Shown: piece after piece, positions 52,151 through 64,000 of the stretch
Position numbering within the stretch: position 1 is the stretch's first letter
Layout: the number at the start of each line of letters is the position of its first letter
Source: the human T2T-CHM13v2.0 reference genome, Homo sapiens
Assembly (NCBI RefSeq): GCF_009914755.1
Contig: NC_060925.1
Length of the DNA: 64,000 nucleotides
Reading direction: 5' to 3' (one strand)
Made by a program: the position numbers and the translations under genes
The notes under the pieces: model-generated
What the model was told of the DNA's origin: nothing
Database searches by the model: none
What the model saw: only the letters and a program-made list of their open reading frames with translations

Positions 52151-53815
52151 GGTCGGCGTGGTGGCTCACGCCTGTAATCCCAGCACTTTGGGAGGCAGAG
52201 GGAGGTGGATCACGAGGTCAGGAGTTCAAGACCACCCTGGTCAAGAGGGTGAAACTCCGTCTCTACTAAAAATACAAAAAAAATTAGCTGGGTGTGGTGG
52301 CAGGTGCCTGTAGTCCCGGCTACTCAGGAGGCTGAGGCAGAGAACTGCTTGAACCCGGGAGGCAGAGGTTGCAGTGAGCCGAGATCACGCCACTGCACTC
52401 TAGCCTGGGTGACAGAGTGAGACTCCGTCTCAAAAAAAAAAAAAAAAAGAAAAAGAAAAAAAAAATACAACCTAAAACTTGTATAGAGCTTTACAGTTTG
52501 TAAGGCAGTTTGACACCCACCATTTCAGACACACAGCATCTTAATGGGGCAGTCATCATTTTTGTTCCCATCTGGCTGATGAGTCAGCGAGGCACAGAAC
52601 AGTGAAGATCATTGCCTGAGCTCACACAGCCAAAATGTGGACCTGGGAACTAAACCGTTAAGACTCTAACTCCCTTGTTCATTTCCAGGCAATGGACCCA
52701 GACCCTGAAGGTCCATGGTGTTACTAGCAGGACACTGTGAAGCCACACTCATCATGAGCACTACTGACGAGTATAAAAATGTTTCACAAATTAGTCTGAC
52801 CACATTCCAAATATGTGCAACTCTATGATCAATAAGACACAGAACCCTTTAAAAGCATTCTTGAATTCATTTGTTCTTTCCCATATTTTTCAATCAATCA
52901 GTACTAACAGTATACGTGATGTGGGAAGATCAATGAAACTCCAACGCTAAAAAGGAGTTTTCCTGTGGGATGGCTGAATCCTGGCTCTTTGGTCTCTGAC
53001 GCCAGTGTCCACAAAGATGATTAAATTATATGTACTACATATTAAACATGATGCTAAAAATACAACGTTTGGCAGGGTGCGGTGGCTCACGCCTGTAATC
53101 CCAGCACTTTGGGAGGCTGAGGTGGGAGGATCACGAGGTCAGGAGTTTGAGACCATCCTAGCCAACATGGTGAAACCCTATCTCTACTAAAAATACAAAA
53201 ATTAGCCGGGTGTGGTGGCTAATTTTTGTAGTCCCAGCTACTTGGGAGGCTGAGGCGAATCACTTGAATCCAGGAGGTGGGGGTTGTAGTGAGCCGAGAT
53301 CACACCACTGCACTCCAGCCTGGGTGACAGAGTGAGACTCCATCTCAAAAAAAAAAAAAAAAAAAAGTACAATACCTGAATGAGCAAACCAAGTTACACT
53401 TAAAATATTTAACAAAATGATAAAGTACAAAAAAAAAAACAAAAAAAACCCAGGGCTTCTCACTTCTAGATCCAATTACCAATTTACAGAAAATGCAGGT
53501 CAGGTGTTGTGGCTCCTGCCTGTAATCCCAGCACTTTGGGAGGCCCAAGTGGGTGGATTGCTTGAGCCCAGAAGTTTGAGACCAGCCTGGGCAACATGGC
53601 GAAACCCTGTCTCTACAAAAAATACAAAACAATTTTCCAGGCATGGTGGCACACACCTGTAGTCCCAGCCACTTGGGAAGCTAAGGTAGGGTATCACTTG
53701 AACCCAGGAGTCCAAGGCTGCAGTGAGCTCTGATTGCACCACTGCACTCCAGCCTGAGCAACAGAGCGAGACCCTATCTCAAAAATAATAATAACAATAA
53801 TAATAAATAAAATAA
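52151..53815 (+). mobile_element. Alus: 52151-52466, 53070-53367, 53497-53815
   Basis: Alu consensus. Confidence 0.92.
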
Positions 53816-56404
53816 ACTCAAACCCAGGCAGTTGGGCTCCAGAGTCCATGCTTTTAACCAAACCTCTAGGTTTTATTCTATAAGTGATGGGGTGCTCCTG
53901 AAGGGTTCTGAACAGGGCAGTTACTTGGTAATTCTCAACATAGAAAGTTTAACTCCAGGGCTGGGCTGCAGATCCATGTTCAAGCGGGACAAAGAGGGTT
54001 CAGCCTTGTCCCCCAGGCATGACAGGGTGATAGGAACACAGCCAGGCCCTGGCCCGGAGCAGATCACCCAACAGGAAGGACTCCCATTCCAAGCTCCCAG
54101 CTTGAGTCTATTATTAGCATGAATTCAACTACCTATCGCCCCACTAACTGACTGCTCACTTTGGGGCAGGCATTTTATGTTTGTTACCTGGCCTATTCCT
54201 CCCAACAACTCTGTGAGGTAGTTATTATCCTCCCCATCTTACAGATGAAGAAACTGAGGCTGGGGTAGGTTAGGCAGTTTGCTCAAGGTCATGTAGGAAG
54301 TTCTAAGAAACGCAGAGACCTCTGCCTCCAGAGCCCTTTCTTGCTATCACACTAAAGCAAACTACGAGCTAAATCTTCTCTCTCTGAGCCCCAGTTATCT
54401 CTGTAAGGATTGCTGTGAAAAGAAATTGAGGTAATGTTTTTTCTAATGGTGGAAGCCAGGCATCTTCAGAGGTGCTGCAGAAACATTCTGAGAGAATGGC
54501 CTTCTACTGCATATAGAACAAGGCCATGAGACCAAGAGCCCTGAACTGGAAAGTGCTGAATTTTAGGGCTGTCTCTGCCATTAAGCCCTCAGTGTGCCTC
54601 TGAGCGAGTTCCTTCCTCCTTCTATGCCTCAGTTTCCTCATCTGTCCAATTTTGAGCTAACAGACACGAGCTCTAAATCCCCTTCCAGGCCAAAGCGCTA
54701 GGACACAGTTGAGGTTAGTCATACCCTACAAGGCTGCTCCAACCTCAGCCACCAGCAAGAGTGAGCCAAAGACTCCAAATGGTTTTCCTCTGGATCAGCC
54801 CCCACCCCCAGCACCTGAGAGTCCAGGCTGGGGCAGAAGGGGGTGCCAGAGGAGGGCAGTGCTCTTCCCAGCTACCCCTCTGCCTCATCCATACCAAGGT
54901 GGCCCTTGGCCCTGCTTGCCACCCCACAGCCCCTACGGTGGCTACACTGCAAGGCCTGGGAGCCAGGACCCAGGGCCAGCCCCAGCCCTGCCCCTGTCTC
55001 GCGGTGTGACCTGGCCAGTCTCCTTCCCACCCTGAGCCTCTGACTCCTCTTCTGGAATGAAGGGTTTGGGTGGTGACAGGGAAGGCTCCTGTATGCTCTG
55101 ACATTTATTATTTCAGGATCCCCTGGCCTCTTGCTGTTTTCCTTCCTGCACTGCTGGGGCCTGTGACTGGCCGTGCGCCCCTTGGTCAGGCCTCTGCAGA
55201 CGTCTTCCCAGCCTGGGCACTTGTCCAGCCTCACCAGCTCAGCCTTACCGGCTGTCCCTTGTGGGGTGGTGGGAAGCAGGGAGGAAGAGGGGTTGCAAGA
55301 AGGGAGCCACACCCTCGATGTATGCTGAGGCCTCTGCAAACCCCAAGTTTCCTGGCTGGGATTTTCCTCAGGAGATTGCTTGGCGGTGATGAGCTAAGAG
55401 AACAAGAACTTTGCTGGACTAACCGCGGAAGGTTCCTCCTACCCGACCCCTGGCCTCAAGCCCTGAATTCCACCCAATCCTGGGGAAGAACCTGGCCTGC
55501 CCTCTTGGACAGAGCAGCAAACAGTACTTCCCACCTTCTGGGTTCCCTTGTTGGCCAGGATGAATCCCTCCCTGCCCCCCACTTGGGCTTGCTATCCATC
55601 ACTGGTCCCTTAAAACCATCCCTATTGAACTCTTGGCAATTTCCTAAATATGCCAAACTGTTTCCAGCCATCAGACCTTTGCTCATGCTGCTCCCTCTGC
55701 CTGGAGGGCCCTTGCCCCATTCTGTCTAGTAAACACTTCATCTTTCCCGACTCAACTTACAGGTCACCCCCTCCCCACCACAACAGAACTGATCCTGCCT
55801 ACCTTTATTCCATCCTATGCCCACTACAGGCTTTCATTAGAGTATCCTGGCCCTTATTTGCCATACATGTCTGATCTCTACGGGGCTGAAAACTCCAGAA
55901 AGGCAGGGAATGGCTCATTTACCTTTGTATCTGCAGCACTCAACACAAAACTCAGGATGTGGGTGTTAATAAGCATGTGTGGAATGAATGAATGATTAAA
56001 TGTATGAATACATACTAGCAAGGCCCAGTGGCAATATAGAAAAGACAGCAAGGGTTAAGGACTCCGGCTTTCAAGTCATACTGTCCTAAAGTCCAAATTC
56101 TGGTTCCAGTCCTCTTAGCTGTGTGACCTGAGGCAAGTGACACAGCTTCTCTGATAGATGTTCCCCATCTGTCAAATGGCATAATAACAGCATCTATCTA
56201 ATCAGACTGAACTCAGTCAGGCATTTAAGCACGTGGCCCAGCATAATACACACAGAAAGGGCTTCATGGTAGCTATTCCTGCCCAGCAGACACATTCTCT
56301 GTATCCAAATAACTGGACAGGCCCTGTGTTATGATGTGCTAATATCTGAAAAGTGCTTACAACACTGCCTGGTGTGTTTGTTTTTCCTATTTTTATTGCT
56401 TTTT

Positions 56405-56722
56405 AACACAACCCAGACAACACGGATGAACCTTGAAAACACTGTGCAACTGAAAGAGATCAGACAAAAAAGGCCACATATAGTAGGATTTCATTCACAT
56501 GAACTGTCCAGAATAGGTAAAGCCATAGAGATGGAAAGTTGTCGGGGGCCGGGGAAAAGGAGTGGAGAGTAACTACTAATCAATACAGGGTTTCTTTTTG
56601 GGATGATGGAAATGTTCTGGAATTACATAGTGGTGATGACTACACAACACTGTGAATATACTTAAGGCCACTGAATTGTACATTTTAAAATGGTGAGTTT
56701 TATGTTATGTGAATTTTACCTG
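56405..56722 (+). mobile_element. L1MB-like 3' end
   Basis: ggatgaaccttgaaaac...ccactgaattgtacattttaaaatggtga. Confidence 0.85.
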
Positions 56723-57649
56723 AATGAGAGGAAATCTACCTAAAAGCAACCTAAGGGATTGTAGGGTGCAGCCAGGACTGAGAACTGCTAGGTAGCCTCT
56801 CAGCAAATGTTTTGTTTTGTTTTCGTAGAGACAGGGTCTTGCTTTGTTGTTTGAGACCAGGGTGGTCTCAAACTCCTGGCTTCAAGTGATCCTCCCACCT
56901 TGGCGTCCCACAGTGCTGGGATTACGGGTATGAGCCACCACACTGGCCTCAGCAAATGTTTGACAAAGAAATGAACAGGAGGCAGAGAGCAAAGGGCAGA
57001 GCTGAGGGAAGACCCTGCCTTGTCCAAAATCAGGCTTAGCTGTTCATTCCCCAAAACCTCCAAGGTACATAAGGTTTCTCTTTTTGCTCTGGTGCCAGGA
57101 CCGCACAGATAATCTCAACACTCACTCATGGTAATTACCTCATCCCTATTGCAATTACTTTCCTCTTTTCTCTGTATGTTTCCTGATCTTTTTAACTACC
57201 CTATGTGCAGGTGTACTTGTGTTTACAGTAAGAGGGAATTTTAAAAAATTACTAAGTACCTGTTACGTGCTAGGTTCATGCTTGCTAGATTTTCTATGTG
57301 TTATCCCCTCAAACAAACCCATAAGACAATTATCTTCATCCCTAATTCACAGATCAGAAAACTGAGATTCAGAAAGGTTAAGTCATTTGCCCAAAGTCAC
57401 ACAGCCAATAGGAATTCAAACCCAAGTCTGTCTGACTTTAGTTACTGGACTCTCGCCACAGACCTCAGCCACATCCCTGTATGCTACAGGTTGTCAATCA
57501 ACTTTTCACTGGCAGAGTCCTCCCACCCAGAAGGAGACCTTGTCTAGTTCTCTCCGTGCCCTCAGAGCCTGCCTTTGTACACCACAGGCATTCAGTAAAT
57601 ATGGCTTAATGGATTACTAACCTTCAGTGGGCATGCAATAGCTTACCAC

Positions 57650-57822
57650 AATAGTTTTCACCCCAACTGCTCATCAGTTACCTGGGAACTTCTGAACTGC
57701 ACACTTGCCCAGGCCTCGCCCCTGGGAGATTCTGATTCAGTGGGTCTGGGTGTAGCCCGCAGCAGCTGAGATTCTTAAAAGCTCTTTCAAGGTCTAAAAC
57801 CAGTCAAGTTAGAGAACCTTCA
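57650..57822. mobile_element. MER5-family element
   Basis: gagattctgattcagtgggtctggg...ttagagaacc. Confidence 0.65.
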
Positions 57823-58448
57823 GCAGCTGTTCCCAGCTCAGCCTCCCATGCCCTCCAAAGCACCTCCTGTGACGTTGGTGAGGTGGAATCAGTTTTTCCA
57901 GGGCCCTGACCTAGAGTCACAGAAGCCACTCACTGTTCCCCTGTGGGTCTCACTCCCTCATCTGCCCTGGGCCCAAGTTCTAGGCCCATCGAAGGGACCT
58001 TCTAGCAGCATCTTGTCTGAGAATGATATGATCAAATTGCCTTCAGGGAAAGCATGTTCCTTCTGCTCTGACCTAAAGTTACAGTTTCTGCCTCCAAATC
58101 TGCCTGAGTCATCTGTCTCCTTGTACCTCAGTGGCCAGAAACAGCTGAACACTAGGCAAGGAAGTGAGCACAAAAAAAGACAAATTTGGGGAGAGAAGGA
58201 GACTTTGAGAGACAGGCTCAAGGTTGACAACTCTGGGAAGACCCTCGGCCCCCTGTGCAGAGGCTGTTGGTAGGGAGGAGGCTGGTTCAGTGGAGTTGGG
58301 TCCCCAGTCCATCCTAGAAAACCCTGCTGATCCCAGGGCCCTAGCCACACCCTATGTCTCTGCTCCCCTTCTAGGGAGAACTTCTCATCTGCCCCCTCCT
58401 CAAATCAGTCCAGGATGGTGTGGAGGCGAAAATGGCATTAAATCTGCT

Positions 58449-60852
<2,404 letters not shown>

Positions 60853-61460
60853 AATGTGGGACACAATCTTGAGCACTGCCCACATGTACTCCATCGACAA
60901 ATCTTGACTGCTTATAAAACACTTCTACAATCTGTGCACTTCTCTCCTCCTCCACCAACCACAACCCGATCCACACCACCATCATCTCTTCCCTAAATAA
61001 CAGAATGGCCTCCTTGGGTCCTCTCCTGGCCCTTCCAATCTAGTTTCCATACAGCAACTGATATGATCTTTCTAAAATACAAACTGGATTATGCTGCTTG
61101 CCTGTGTACTAAATAAAACTTGAACTCACTACCAGGGCCATCAAACTTGAATATGGCCTTGCCACCACCACCCAAACTCAGCAGGTGCCACTCTTCCCTT
61201 TGCCCATCTCAGTGCTTTTGCCCCTTGGGCCCCCTTTCAGGGTCACATATATTTCAGCTTCTTTACTGCCTCAGGACCTTTGCCTAAGAGGTCCCCTCCA
61301 TCTGGAGCACCCCCATACCATTATTCTCTATGAATGCTCCTTTTTAGTTTTTTTTTTTCTTTCATTTATTTGTTATTCAACCAACATTTTCTGAAAACAC
61401 ACTATGGTTCTATGGTAAATACTAGGGACACAACAGTGAGATTAGTTTCTATTCTCATAG

Positions 61461-63271
<1,811 letters not shown>

Positions 63272-63479
63272 CTATACCTGAGTTTTCTAAAGGGGTTCTT
63301 CTATACCTGAGAGTATGCATAAATGATCTAAACCAGGGAGGTACAGAACAGGATGGACACAGCACCTCTCCCTGGAACCTGGACTGTGTGAAATAAAGAG
63401 GAATCGCCATAGATACTTCTGAGGGGATTTTCCAGGCCCTGCCCCTCTTCTCTGAGAAGCGCCCCCTCCCACACCATAG

Positions 63480-64000
63480 GTCTCAATGGCCATGTTTACC
63501 CTGCCGGTCACTTTCCCTCCATGACCTCTGCTGATGAAACCAGGGGTGGAGACCCAGCCACTGGACCCAATCCAGAAACTGGGCCGGGCTGTCAACCTCT
63601 GCCAGGAACTTGGAAGTGGGACATGAGACTGGCTCAATCTAGTGTCCGGTTACCTTTAGACACTGGCCCAGTGAGGTCATGTGAGCATGGGGGCTGTGCT
63701 TTGGGGCCTATGTGATGATGAATGAGCGAAAGCACTGATCAGATGTGCAGAGGGAAGCAGAGGCAGGAGAGAACAAGAATGACGAAGCAGCTGCCTTAGT
63801 TCCTGACAACTTCCCAGCCTCCAGTTCCAGGCCCTGGAGAGGTGTACTTTTACCTCCGGCTCTTCAGTCTCATGAGGCACCTCTAATTCTTTAAAGCCAA
63901 TTTCCCTCAATATTCTTCTCTGACGATCAAAAAACAAACAAACAAATTTCCCTCCAACAGAAACAAGCTTGACAGGGTTTATGTTTCTTGCAAACAATCT
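63480..64000. mobile_element. MLT1-like LTR fragment
   Basis: ttccagcctccagttccaggccctggagagg and ttcttgcaaacaa motifs. Confidence 0.45.

Noticed and set aside
54709-55729. Cluster of 100-219-aa ORFs in ASAP3 intron 1
   Set aside because: Non-ATG or weak starts, no domain similarity, GC-rich unique sequence; could be regulatory but I cannot support that from sequence alone

Overview
Human (primate) genomic DNA, recognised from the encoded proteins as the TCEA3/ASAP3 locus (recalled as chr1p36). Both genes lie on the minus strand in tandem. ASAP3 (BAR-PH-ArfGAP-ankyrin protein) contributes 24 exons, numbered 2-25 from recall of the gene (40681 down to the stop at 14344-14346). Its 3'UTR runs to about 13050, and exon 1 is not in the window, so about 23 kb at the right end is intron 1. 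About 3.8 kb downstream is the CpG-island promoter and exons 1-3 of TCEA3 (TFIIS paralog). All exon boundaries were read as GT-AG and their phases chain into uninterrupted reading frames. The rest is Alu-dense intronic DNA with L1, L2, MIR, LTR and DNA-transposon fossils. I see no new gene family or prokaryote-type system. The best leads are untested RNA-processing hypotheses: an in-frame ASAP3 exon24-TCEA3 exon2 read-through, a stop-free 471-nt candidate circRNA (exons 6-10) between inverted Alus, an intragenic GC-box/CpG island just upstream of a strong-Kozak Met497, a stop-free 93-nt intron, a +4 tandem donor, and miR-143 seed sites lying between two poly(A) signals. Repeat family names come from recalled consensus sequences, and repeat boundaries are approximate.
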